Source: an uncultured delta proteobacterium (lineage in GTDB: Bacteria > Desulfobacterota > Syntrophorhabdia > Syntrophorhabdales > WCHB1-27). From it: a stretch of DNA of 64,000 nucleotides. The notes beneath the pieces are model-generated. The model worked only from the letters and a program-made list of their open reading frames with translations, made no database searches and was not told where the DNA came from. The stretch lies in the NCBI GenBank assembly GCA_963810935.1, contig CAWEPK010000008.1:640001-704000 (forward strand), written 5' to 3'. The position numbers and the translations under genes are program-made. Shown one piece after another: positions 41,069 through 50,888 of the stretch. How positions within the stretch are numbered: the first letter of the stretch is position 1; each line of letters starts with the position of its first letter.

Positions 41069-42574
41069 ATGGATGCTTTAGTTCACGGAATAGTCATGCT
41101 CCTTACTCCAAAGACCATGTTGACGATAGTCGCCTGTTCCTTTTACGGCCTCTTCGTCGGCTCGATCCCCGGCTTGAGCGCCACGCTGGCGGCCTCCCTG
41201 CTGGTCCCGTTTACTTTTTTTATGGACCCCCTTCCGGCCCTGGTCTCCATCGTGAGCATGTCGGCCATGGCCATCTTTGCGGGCGACATCCCCGCGGCCC
41301 TTATTCGCATCCCGGGAACCCCATCATCCGCCGCCTACACCTACGATTCTTACGCCCTGACGCAGCAAGGGAAATCTCAACTGGTCCTGGGCGCGGACAT
41401 AATGTTTTCCGCTGTCGGCGGTTTGATGGGCGCGGTGGTTTTGATGACCTCGGCGCCGCTTCTGGCCAACGTCGCCATGAATTTCTCGACCTTTGAGTAC
41501 TTCTGGCTCGCTGCCCTGGGGCTCAGTGCTACGGTTATGGTCTCGGCAGACTCGCAGGCGAAAGGCGCCATCGCCATGTGCCTGGGGCTTTTCCTCTCCA
41601 CCATCGGCGTGGACATTACGCTCGGCTATCCCCGTTTCACTTTCGGAAACGTTGACCTTCTGAACGGGGTCTCCTTTATTCCGGCCATGATCGGCGTCTT
41701 CGGGATTTCGGAAGTAATGCGCAACGTCAGCCAAAAGCGGATGGATTTTACGATCCCTAAAGTCCAGACGAAGGGCATTTTTGCAGGCGTCGGACATCTC
41801 TTTAAAAAGTATCAATGGAATATGTGGAGATCCGGGATCATCGGAACGATAATCGGTGTTCTCCCCGGAGCCGGGGCCGATATTGCGGCCTGGATAGCCT
41901 ACGCGGCCTCCAAGAGGGCTTCCAAGGAAAAACACCTGTACGGAAAGGGATCCATCGAGGCGATTGTGGACTCGGGCACGGCGAACAACGCCTGCCTGGC
42001 AGGAGACTGGGTCCCGGCGCTCGTCTTCGGGATCCCGGGGGATTCGATCACGGCCGTCGTTATCGGAGTAATCTTCATGAAGGGGCTTCGCCCGGGGCCG
42101 ATGATCTTCGAGCAACAGCCGGAGATCATATACGGGGTTTACTTCGCCTTTATCGTCGCCAACCTCCTGATGGTCCCCTTCGGCTGGCTGGCGGTAAAGG
42201 TAAGCTCCCAGATGCTCAAAGTCCCCAAGAACGTCCTTATCCCGATAATCCTGATGTTCGCCATAACCGGCGCCTTTGCCATCAACAACGGCGTGTTCGA
42301 CATCGTAACGCTGGGCGTACTGGGCATCGTCGGCTACTTCATGGAAAGGAACGATTATCCGGTGGCCCCAATCGTGCTCGGCCTGGTCCTGGGGCCTATT
42401 CTGGAGCAGAATTTCATGATGAGCATGATCAAAACCGATTGGAACCTGCTCCTCTTCTTCACCCGGCCGATCAGTATGGTTTTAGGAGGCATTACCGTGG
42501 CCATGTGGGGTTTCCCGTTTTTTATGGCCTTTTTGACGAAAGCAAAAACGAAGAATGTCCGTTTGGCGCAGTAA
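41069..42574 (+). CDS. tctA: Tripartite tricarboxylate transporter large membrane subunit
   Basis: 'GSIPGL', 'IPGTPSS', 'LPGAGA', 'ANNA', 'GIPG', 'LGLVLGPILE'. Confidence 0.93.
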   Translation: MDALVHGIVMLLTPKTMLTIVACSFYGLFVGSIPGLSATLAASLLVPFTFFMDPLPALVSIVSMSAMAIFAGDIPAALIRIPGTPSSAAYTYDSYALTQQGKSQLVLGADIMFSAVGGLMGAVVLMTSAPLLANVAMNFSTFEYFWLAALGLSATVMVSADSQAKGAIAMCLGLFLSTIGVDITLGYPRFTFGNVDLLNGVSFIPAMIGVFGISEVMRNVSQKRMDFTIPKVQTKGIFAGVGHLFKKYQWNMWRSGIIGTIIGVLPGAGADIAAWIAYAASKRASKEKHLYGKGSIEAIVDSGTANNACLAGDWVPALVFGIPGDSITAVVIGVIFMKGLRPGPMIFEQQPEIIYGVYFAFIVANLLMVPFGWLAVKVSSQMLKVPKNVLIPIILMFAITGAFAINNGVFDIVTLGVLGIVGYFMERNDYPVAPIVLGLVLGPILEQNFMMSMIKTDWNLLLFFTRPISMVLGGITVAMWGFPFFMAFLTKAKTKNVRLAQ

Positions 42575-42629
42575 TATATACAGTACGAAGAAACCGGGGG
42601 AATCTTCCCCATGAACGAGGAGGGCACAA

Positions 42630-43587
42630 ATGATAACAAAGGCTTTTTTTAAGAAAGCAGTTGTTTTATCGGCCGTCACCCTGCTTCTTTCCGTTCTTTT
42701 ATGCGCCGGCAGTACTTATGCGGCCGATAAGACCTTTGTTCTGGGCAAGTATCCAACACTGAAATTGGGTTTTACATCCCAGAACCTGGCCAAATGGCTT
42801 CCCAACTCCGTAGACAACCTGAAAAAAGTCATCGACTTCGCGAGCCGGAAAGGGTTCTCATTCATAGAGATCCGCGATGCCAATGTCGGCCTCTCATACG
42901 ACGATGCAAAAAAGATCGCCGCATACGCCAAAAAGAAGAAACTCGAAGTGATTTATGCCATGGGCATGGGCGCGCTGGACAGCAATTATTTCGAATTGTT
43001 TGCGAAGGGCCTGGCGAACACGAGACTGTTCGACGGCCCCCGGTTTGTCAGGACTGCCGCCCCCGGAAAAGAGTTTACGGACGATCCCAAGAAGCAGTTC
43101 TGGACTGCGGCGGAATTCTCGCAGCTCGTCAGGAACCTGAACAAGGCCGGCAACACGGCCGCAATGTTCGGCTATGCGCTCTACGTGGAGAACGCCTTCG
43201 ACGGGCTGAAGGGCGACGGCGCAAACACGTTCGGCACGGCCGATCTCTTTGGGCCGAAGGGCGTCAACTCGAATGTCGGCTTACAGACTCGACACCGGCA
43301 ACTTCTTCTGTACCTCCCGCGCGGAGAACACCCCCACAGACGTCAAGACGTTTTTCGAGTCAGCCGTTAAAAGGATGGGGTACACCCACCTGAAGAGTTC
43401 CATCGACAAGAAACCGGCGCAAGTCCTGAATGGCAACGAAGTGCCGTTCGAGACCTTTTTCACCGCGCTTGCAAAGAACGGTAAAGTTTACGTAGCAATC
43501 GAGCTTGCCAATGCCGACACGCTGGAGAACGCGTATCTCAATCACCAGAAGAGCATTGACTATTTGCGTAAGAACTTCTCGAAGTAG
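42630..43587 (+). CDS. Exported xylose-isomerase-like TIM-barrel protein; apparent frameshift near 43287
   Basis: Signal peptide; 'GFSFIEIRD', 'YVEN', then 'LDTGNF', 'YTHLK', 'VAIE' in the shifted frame. Confidence 0.7.
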
Positions 43588-43622
43588 TCGTTCCATCATA
43601 ATTTCCCCCTTTGGGGAGGAGG

Positions 43623-44450
43623 ATGATGCAACTAACGCGGCATCGAACGGACCAGGGCACACGTTGGGCAAAGGACGGTTTTTTTCTGCCGCCGGAGCTC
43701 ACGCTGAGCACACTCCTCGAAAATCAGCGTGAGGCGATGGCGCAACAACTGACGGACCTGCCATGCAATGAGCCGGCCAACGGCGAATTGCTCGCGCCGG
43801 TCGATCCGCTGCACGAAGTGTGGGCGGCGGGCGTCACGTACCTGCGGAGCCTCGATGCGCGCCGCATTGAATCCCAGGTCGCCAATGTTTATGACCGCGT
43901 GTACGAAGCCGAGCGCCCCCAGCTTTTTTTCAAGGCGCCGGGGTGGCGCGTTGTCGGCACCGGCGCACCGATCCGAATCCGGGCCGACAGCCGGTGGAAC
44001 GTACCGGAGCCGGAGCTGGTCATCGTGATCAATCGTCATCGCGAGATCGTCGGCTATTGCGCCGGGAACGATGTCTCGTCGCGCGACATTGAAGGCGAGA
44101 ACCCGCTCTACTTGCAGCAGGCCAAAGTCTACGACGGCTCGTGCAGCCTGGGGCATGGCATCGTGATTTGCGGAGCGCATGAAATCAGCGACGTGCCGAT
44201 TCGGCTGAAAATCGAGCGCGGCGGTGCAACCATGTTCGAGGGCGGGATAACCACCGCAACGATGAAGCGAACGCTGGCGGAGCTGGCGGAATACCTGACC
44301 CGCGAGCTTTATTTTCCGCACGGCGTTTTCCTGATGACGGGGACGTGTCTCGTGCCCGGCAGCGAATTCACATTGCAGCCTGACGATCTCGTTCACATTC
44401 AAGTCGGCCCGTTGACGATCGAGAACCACGTTGCGGATCCGCGCGGGTAA
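43623..44450 (+). CDS. FAH-family protein resembling 2-keto-3-deoxy-pentonate dehydratase (KdaD-type)
   Basis: 'EVWAAGVTY', 'VYEAERPQLFFKA', 'PEPEL', 'NDVSSRDIEGENPLYLQQAKVY', 'LMTGT'. Confidence 0.8.
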   Translation: MMQLTRHRTDQGTRWAKDGFFLPPELTLSTLLENQREAMAQQLTDLPCNEPANGELLAPVDPLHEVWAAGVTYLRSLDARRIESQVANVYDRVYEAERPQLFFKAPGWRVVGTGAPIRIRADSRWNVPEPELVIVINRHREIVGYCAGNDVSSRDIEGENPLYLQQAKVYDGSCSLGHGIVICGAHEISDVPIRLKIERGGATMFEGGITTATMKRTLAELAEYLTRELYFPHGVFLMTGTCLVPGSEFTLQPDDLVHIQVGPLTIENHVADPRG

Positions 44451-44520
44451 TGTGCCTGGGCGGATGAGATAGAATAATTCGGAGGTCACAATGAAAGCGG
44501 GATTGAAGGAGGAGGGAGGA

Positions 44521-45660
44521 ATGACAAACGTAAGGCGCATATTATCGGTTGTTTGCTTATCTGTCATGATCGCGGCAATCGCCGGCATCGGCGTTGCGGC
44601 GGCGGATGATACGATACGGATCGGGTTTACCCCGCCTATCACGGGCGTGCACGCGGCAGGCGGATCGCTACAGGTCAAGTCTATCCAGTTGGCCCTCAAG
44701 GAGATCAATGCAGCCGGCGGGATAAACGGGAAGAAGATAGACCTCCGGATCATCGACAACCAGTCCTCTAACCCCGGCGCACTGGCAGCGCTGCAGAAGG
44801 CCGTGGAACAGGAGAAGGTGCTGGCCCTGGTCGGCTACCTTTACAGCACCCAGGTCTTTGCGACGTCGGACGCCATCAAAAACTATCGCATCCCGGCTAT
44901 CGTCGGCGCCACCAATGTCAACATCACCAGGCAGGGAAACCCCTGGCTGTTCCGCACGCGGCCGGATGACTCCATAGCCGCAAGCGCCATGGTGAAATAC
45001 ATCAAGGAAAACACCAAGCTGACCAGGATCGGACTTCTGCACGATACGGACGCCTTCGGCACCGGCGGTGCAGACCTGGTGGAGAAAGGCGCAAAGGAGC
45101 TGGGGCTGACGATTGTAAGGCGCGAGAAGTGCACGACCGCGACGAAGGACTTTACCGCCGAGCTATTGGCCATGAAGAACGCAGGCGCGCAGGTCCTGAT
45201 CTATTACGGCCACGAAGAAGCTACTGCGTTGCTCCAGCGCCAGATGCGCCAGTTAGGCTCTCCCTTCAAGTTCCTCGGCTCGCCCAGCGCCGCATCGAAA
45301 GACAGCCTGAACCTCGCCAAGGAGGCCGCAGAGGGGATTTGGGCCGTGGTCGACTTCGTGCCGGGGCAGACCGAGGAAAACAGGCGTTATGCCGATGCCT
45401 ACAGGAAGGAGTTCAACCTGGATTATGACAGCTTGAGCGTCTGGACTTATGACGGCCTGAAGATCCTGGCCAACGCCATCAAAAAAGGCGGGGAAGACCG
45501 CGACAAAATCCGCCAGGCCATCCTGGCCACTCAAGGGTATAAGGGCGCCCAGGGCACTTTTTCCTTCACCCCGAACGGCGACGGCCTGACTGAGGTAAGT
45601 GTTGTCCAGATCGAGAAGGGAAAACCGAAGCTCCTGAAGATCATCAACGTGAAGAAATAA
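44521..45660 (+). CDS. LivK/LivJ-type ABC substrate-binding protein
   Basis: Signal peptide, 'INAAGGINGKKI', 'FRTRPDDS', 'YDG', 'FTPNGD'. Confidence 0.9.
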   Translation: MTNVRRILSVVCLSVMIAAIAGIGVAAADDTIRIGFTPPITGVHAAGGSLQVKSIQLALKEINAAGGINGKKIDLRIIDNQSSNPGALAALQKAVEQEKVLALVGYLYSTQVFATSDAIKNYRIPAIVGATNVNITRQGNPWLFRTRPDDSIAASAMVKYIKENTKLTRIGLLHDTDAFGTGGADLVEKGAKELGLTIVRREKCTTATKDFTAELLAMKNAGAQVLIYYGHEEATALLQRQMRQLGSPFKFLGSPSAASKDSLNLAKEAAEGIWAVVDFVPGQTEENRRYADAYRKEFNLDYDSLSVWTYDGLKILANAIKKGGEDRDKIRQAILATQGYKGAQGTFSFTPNGDGLTEVSVVQIEKGKPKLLKIINVKK

Positions 45661-45666
45661 ACTTCT

Positions 45667-45704
45667 CGTGAGCGCCCGGATAGTAATCCATCCGGGCGCT
45701 CACG
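45667..45704 (+). terminator. Perfect 15-bp hairpin after the binding-protein gene (terminator or mRNA stabilizer)
   Basis: cgtgagcgcccggat / atccgggcgctcacg; no U-tract. Confidence 0.6.
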
Positions 45705-45776
45705 GCGGACTTAAAGGGAAAGGGCATTTTGGTGAAGGAGGATATCCCTGTCCCTCACAAAATTGCCCTGCGAAGA

Positions 45777-45870
45777 ATCGAGAAGGGCCGGCCGAAGCTC
45801 CTGAAGATTATCAGCGTGGGAAGGTATTCCGTCCGGCGGCATGGATAGTGCCGGGACCGGGCGCCTCCAG
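45777..45870 (+). pseudogene. Diverged duplicate of the binding-protein gene 3' end and its hairpin
   Basis: Reads IEKGRPKLLKIISV versus IEKGKPKLLKIINV at 45610-45651; remnant ggatagt...ccgggcgc follows. Confidence 0.75.
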
Positions 45871-45883
45871 GGAGGGTTTTTGA

Positions 45884-46765
45884 ATGTTTTGGTCTACAAA
45901 TCTTCAAATGGTAGTCGCAGGTCTGGCTATGGGCTCGATATACGCCCTGGTCGCCCTGGGGTTTGTCCTGATCTTCAATGCAGTCAACGTCGTAAACTTC
46001 GCTCAGGGAGAGTTTGCGATGGTCCCGGCTTTCGTAGCGGTATGGCTGCTGATCAGCCTGAAGATTCCCTTTCCCCTGGCCTGCGTGATCACGGCCGTCT
46101 TCATGGGTGCTTTCGGCATCCTCTTCCAGCGTATCGCTTACTATCCGTTACGGAACCGTAGCTTTCTGCCGGTCATCATCAGCACCATCGGAGTCGGCAT
46201 CTTCCTGAAGAACGGGGCCCAGTTGACGTTCGGCGCGGAGCCGTTGTCGATGCCGCGACCGACCTCTCCGGACGCGGTTAACATGTTAGGGGTCCTCGTG
46301 GACCCCCAGTACATTGTGATTATCATCTGCACCCTGGCACTCCTTGGTTTCCAGTACTTCCTGTTCGAAAAAACATTGCTCGGCAAAAAAATGCTCGCAA
46401 CGGCGCAGGACAAGGAGATGGCCCGGCTTCTGGGCATCAGGGTCGCAACTATGATCGCCATTACCTTTGCCTATAGCTCGATTCTGGGGGCGGCGGCCGG
46501 GATCCTTGTCGGGCCCATTTTCTTCGTGACCAAAGACATGGGAGCCATGATCGGGCTCAAGGCGTTCTGTTCGGCCATTGTCGGAGGATTCGGGAGCATC
46601 CCCGGTGCAGTCCTCGGGGGCATTTTTCTGGGGGTGATTGAGGTGTTCGCTTCTTATTACATCTCCAGCGCCTATCGCGACGCCTTTGCCTTTATGATCC
46701 TGATTCTTGTTCTTCTTCTGCGCCCGCAGGGCTTCTTCGGCGAGAAAATCGCCGAGAAAGCGTAG
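45884..46765 (+). CDS. livH: Branched-chain amino acid-type ABC permease
   Basis: 'GSIYALVALGFVLIF...VNFAQGE', 'GGFGSIPGA', 'RPQGFFG'. Confidence 0.9.
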   Translation: MFWSTNLQMVVAGLAMGSIYALVALGFVLIFNAVNVVNFAQGEFAMVPAFVAVWLLISLKIPFPLACVITAVFMGAFGILFQRIAYYPLRNRSFLPVIISTIGVGIFLKNGAQLTFGAEPLSMPRPTSPDAVNMLGVLVDPQYIVIIICTLALLGFQYFLFEKTLLGKKMLATAQDKEMARLLGIRVATMIAITFAYSSILGAAAGILVGPIFFVTKDMGAMIGLKAFCSAIVGGFGSIPGAVLGGIFLGVIEVFASYYISSAYRDAFAFMILILVLLLRPQGFFGEKIAEKA

Positions 46766-46777
46766 GGGGTGCTAAAG

Positions 46778-48614
46778 ATGAACGCAACCACAAAAAAACT
46801 GCTCATCCCCGTTGTGCTGGTCGTCGCTGTTATTCTCCTTCCCCACGTGGTGACGAGCAGCTACTGGCTGAACCTGATCAACCTCTGCGCCAGCCTTTCG
46901 ATCGCCTGCCTCGGGCTGAACATCGTCCTGGGATACGCCGGGCAGCTATCGCTCGCCCAGGCGGCGTTCTGGGGCGTTGGGGCCTATACCTCGGCCATCC
47001 TCACAACCCATTTCGGCCTGCCCGTTTGGGTGGGTATGTTCGCCGCCTTCTTCGTGGCGGCCTTATTTGGGGTCCTGCTGGGCATCCCCACCCTCAAGCT
47101 CTCCGGCCACTATCTGGCCATGGCGACGATAGGGTTTGGGATCATCTTACAGCTAATATTGGTCAACGAGATCTGGCTTACGAACGGCTCCGACGGGATC
47201 ACCAAGATACCCTCGCCCTCGATAGGCTCCTTCGAGCTTAAGGACCCGGCGGACTTCTTCTACCTGGCGGCCATAGCGCTCATATTCTTTACGTGGGGCG
47301 CCCTCCACCTGGCGGACTCCCGTGTGGGACGGGCAATGCAGGCCATTCGGGAGAATGAAATGGCCGCAGGGACAACGGGCGTGGACACGACCTATTACAA
47401 GGTCGTGGCCTTCTCGCTTTCTGCCGGTTTCGCGGGCTTCGGCGGTTGGCTGTTCGCTCATAGCGGCTCGCATTACATCAGTCCTGATACCTTCTCCTTC
47501 GAGCAGTCGGTAATCATACTGGTTATGGCAGTGCTGGGCGGGAACGGCTCGGCCATCGGCTCCATAGTGGGCGCCACGCTGCTGACGCTGTTGCCGGAGG
47601 TACTGCGGTTCCTGAAAGACTCTTACATGATGTTCTACGCCGCCGGTATCGTGGTCATCATGATTTTTATGCCCAGCGGCATCGCCGGGCTGGTGAAGAA
47701 CATCCCCATCACCATGAGACTGCGGGACTGGTGGCTGTCCGGTTCCACGGCGGCCCGGCAGATTGCGGCAGATATGTCCGCCTCGAACGATGCAGGGCCG
47801 GCCTCCTGTTCCTTTAAAATCGCGGACTGTTCGGGATCGGGCGAGGTACTGCTGACCGTCAAGGCCCTGGCGAAGCACTTTGGCGGGCTCAAGGCGGTGG
47901 ACGGTGTGGACATGCAAGTCCGGCGCGGCGAGATCCAGGCGCTCATCGGACCGAACGGTTCAGGCAAAACGACAATCCTCAATATGCTCAGCGGCCTCTA
48001 TGTCCCTTCCGCCGGGGAGATCATGCTTGAGGGGAAGTCGATTGGCGGGCAGAAACCGCATATCATCACATCCCTCGGCATAGCCCGAACGTACCAGAAC
48101 ATACGGCTGTTCGGAGATCTGACGGTACTTGAGAACCTCCTGATAGGCCAGCATTCCCAATCAAGGTCCGGCCTCGCGTCGAGTATTTTTCAACCACCCT
48201 CGCAAAAGGCGGAAGAGGCCGGCATGCGGACAAAGGCAGTGGAGTCTGCTTAGATTCGTCGGCCTCAGGGGCAAGGAGTTCGCTCAGTCCAGCAGTCTGC
48301 CGTACGGCCAGCAGCGATTGCTGGAGCTGGCGCGCGCGCTGGCCTCGAACCCCAAGCTTCTACTTTTGGACGAGCCGGCAGCCGGCTTGAATGCCGCCGA
48401 AACCGAAAAGCTTGTAGAGCTGCTGTTTAAGATATGTAAAGAGGGCATTACCATATTGCTGGTCGAGCACGACATGAGCCTGGTTATGAATGTCTCCGAC
48501 CATATTACGGTCCTGAACTTCGGAAAAAAGATTGCGGAAGGGCCCGCAGAGGTAGTCGAGAAGAACCAGGAAGTGATCGACGCCTATCTGGGAACGGAGG
48601 TAGGGAATGCTTAA
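46778..48614 (+). CDS. Fused LivM permease-LivG ATPase; apparent frameshift near 48245
   Basis: 'GYAGQLSLAQ', 'GHYLAMAT', Walker A 'GPNGSGKTT'; 'LLLLDEPAAG', 'LVEHDM' in the shifted frame. Confidence 0.88.
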
Positions 48615-49371
48615 GATTCAGGGAATCGAAACCTGGTACGGCGCCATTCAGGCCTTGAAGGGCATCTCGCTCGACGTAAAACAGGGAGAGATCGTGGCCC
48701 TGCTCGGTGCAAACGGCGCCGGCAAGAGCACGACCATCAGGACGATCACCGGCATCCTGAAACCGTCAAAGGGGAAAATCGAGTTTCTGGGCAAGGACAT
48801 CACCGGGATGGATGCAGAGTCGATCGCGAAGATCGGCATCGCCTGCGTTCCGGAGGGGCGGCACATCTTTCCGGGCCTCTCCGTCATGGACAACCTGATG
48901 CTCGGGTCGACGCCGCGCGGGCGCGTATCCCGTGGGGAAATCCGCGAAGGCCTCGACCAGGTTTTCGGGATTTTCCCGATGTTGGGGGAGTTCAAAAATC
49001 GTCCCGGCTGGCAGTTGTCCGGCGGCCAGCAGCAGATGCTCGCCATAGGGCGGGGGCTGATGTCCAAATCGAAGATCCTGCTGCTGGATGAGCCGTCGCT
49101 GGGCCTCGCGCCGGTCCTGGTGCAAGAGGTGTTCAGGGTAATCCAGGAGATTAATAAGACGGGTACGACCATCCTGCTGGTGGAGCAGAACGCCCGGATG
49201 GCCCTTTTGATCGCCAACCGCGGCTTTGTGCTGGAAACGGGCAGGATGATGCTGAACGATACGGCGGCCAACCTGCTGTCGAACGAAGATATGAAAGAAC
49301 ACTACCTGGGCGGCCATGCCCACATCAAAGAGGCGCGCCAGCGCCGGCGCGATGAGAAGGCAGGGGTTTGA
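48607..49371 (+). CDS. livF: ABC ATP-binding protein
   Basis: 'GANGAGKST', 'LSGGQQQMLAIGR', 'LLDEPSLGLAP', 'LVEQNA'. Confidence 0.92.
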   Translation: MLKIQGIETWYGAIQALKGISLDVKQGEIVALLGANGAGKSTTIRTITGILKPSKGKIEFLGKDITGMDAESIAKIGIACVPEGRHIFPGLSVMDNLMLGSTPRGRVSRGEIREGLDQVFGIFPMLGEFKNRPGWQLSGGQQQMLAIGRGLMSKSKILLLDEPSLGLAPVLVQEVFRVIQEINKTGTTILLVEQNARMALLIANRGFVLETGRMMLNDTAANLLSNEDMKEHYLGGHAHIKEARQRRRDEKAGV

Positions 49372-49374
49372 TTG

Positions 49375-50868
49375 ATGGACGTGGTTCGGATCAATGAAAA
49401 GGACCCGGTGGTCGTTGCGCCAACGGGCTTGCGCAAGGGAGAGTCGGTCAATGTTGCCGGGCGGGAAATATCGGTCCTGAACGATATCCCCCCCTGCCAC
49501 AAAATGGCTGTTGAGGACATCACAGCCGGAAGCAGGGTGCTCAAATACGGCTGCCCCTTTGGCGTCGCGACAAAAGATATCCGGCAGGGGCAATGGGTAC
49601 ACACGCATAACGTCCGCACGGAGCTGGAAGGGGTATTATCATACCGCTACGAGCCCCGGCTGGAAGGAGCAAAGGCAGGGGAAGAGGAAGAGCAATATTT
49701 TCAGGGCTATTTGCGCAAAGACAACCAGGCGGGGATAAGGAACTACATCTTTGTCATCCCCACGGTCCAATGCGCGAATGCTACGGCGCAGAAGATCGCC
49801 GACGGGGCCAACATGCTTTTCCCTGCATCCGATTATTTCGACGGCTTCATTGTGCTGCCTCATGCCTATGGTTGTTGCCAGGCAGGAGACGATCTGCTGA
49901 ACACCCAGGAAATTCTGGCCGGCCTGGCGCGCAATCCGAATGCCGGCGGGACGCTTTTCCTGAGCCTTGGTTGTGAAGTAAATGCACCTTCGGTTTTCGG
50001 GCCGGTCCTTGGAGACGTTGACCCCGATGCAGTAAAAATCCTCATCATGCAGGAAGTGGGAGACGAGATTGAAGAGGGGCTCAGACGCTGTGAGGAAATC
50101 TACGAATACGTAAGTGCGTTCCGGCGCACATCCGTCCTGTTTTCCAAACTGGTTGCAGGCGTCAACTGCGGCGGCTCCGACGGCCTGTCGGGGATTACCG
50201 CGAATCCACTGGTGGGTGAGGTGAGCAGTATGATCATCCGCCGGGGCGGCGGTGTGATCATGACAGAGGTCCCCGAGATGTTCGGGGCGGAACAATTTTT
50301 GATGAACCGCGCCCAGGATGAAAAGGTTTACGGCGCGATCGTAAGGATGATAAACGACTACAAGGCATACTTTGAAAGCCACGGTGAATCGGCAACAGGC
50401 AACCTGACTCAGGGCAACCAGGCGGGGGGTCTGACGACGCTGGAAGAAAAATCACTGGGATGCATACAAAAAGGCGGCACGGCCGTCGTGACCGACGTGT
50501 TGCTTTCGGGCCGGCGGTATCGCAAGGCCGGCCTTGTATTGCTAAGCGGCGCGGGCAACGATTTCATCGGGGTCACGCAGCAGATCGCCGCAGGGTGTAA
50601 CCTTATCATATTTACCACCGGACGCGGTACGCCCGGTGGATTCGCCGCCCCGACGTTCCGGATCTCTTCCAATACGCAGCTTTACGAACGGAAGAAGCAC
50701 TGGATCGACTTTGACGCCGGTGTTCTGCTCCACGGGCGCGACATCAAAGAGACGGCGGTTTCCTTATATGACAGGATTGTGAAGACGATCAACGGAGAGT
50801 ACCATACCCGCAATGAAGTGAATAAATACTTCGAGATCGGGATCTTCAAACGGGGCGTCACGATATAG
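49375..50868 (+). CDS. UxaA-family (altronate/galactarate-type) dehydratase, SAF and catalytic domains fused
   Basis: 'HKMA...LKYG', 'VHTHN', 'GIRN', 'HAYGC', 'CGGSDGLSGITANP', 'GGLTTLEEKSLG', 'FTTGRGTP'. Confidence 0.88.
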   Translation: MDVVRINEKDPVVVAPTGLRKGESVNVAGREISVLNDIPPCHKMAVEDITAGSRVLKYGCPFGVATKDIRQGQWVHTHNVRTELEGVLSYRYEPRLEGAKAGEEEEQYFQGYLRKDNQAGIRNYIFVIPTVQCANATAQKIADGANMLFPASDYFDGFIVLPHAYGCCQAGDDLLNTQEILAGLARNPNAGGTLFLSLGCEVNAPSVFGPVLGDVDPDAVKILIMQEVGDEIEEGLRRCEEIYEYVSAFRRTSVLFSKLVAGVNCGGSDGLSGITANPLVGEVSSMIIRRGGGVIMTEVPEMFGAEQFLMNRAQDEKVYGAIVRMINDYKAYFESHGESATGNLTQGNQAGGLTTLEEKSLGCIQKGGTAVVTDVLLSGRRYRKAGLVLLSGAGNDFIGVTQQIAAGCNLIIFTTGRGTPGGFAAPTFRISSNTQLYERKKHWIDFDAGVLLHGRDIKETAVSLYDRIVKTINGEYHTRNEVNKYFEIGIFKRGVTI

Positions 50869-50888
50869 GTTTGAGACCGTGAGGCCAC

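Noticed and set aside
49375..50868. Sulfolactate sulfo-lyase (SuyAB) supplying sulfite to DsrAB
   Set aside because: Same family, but this is a fused UxaA-type protein among sugar-acid genes with no sulfonate-specific neighbours; cannot be supported without phylogeny
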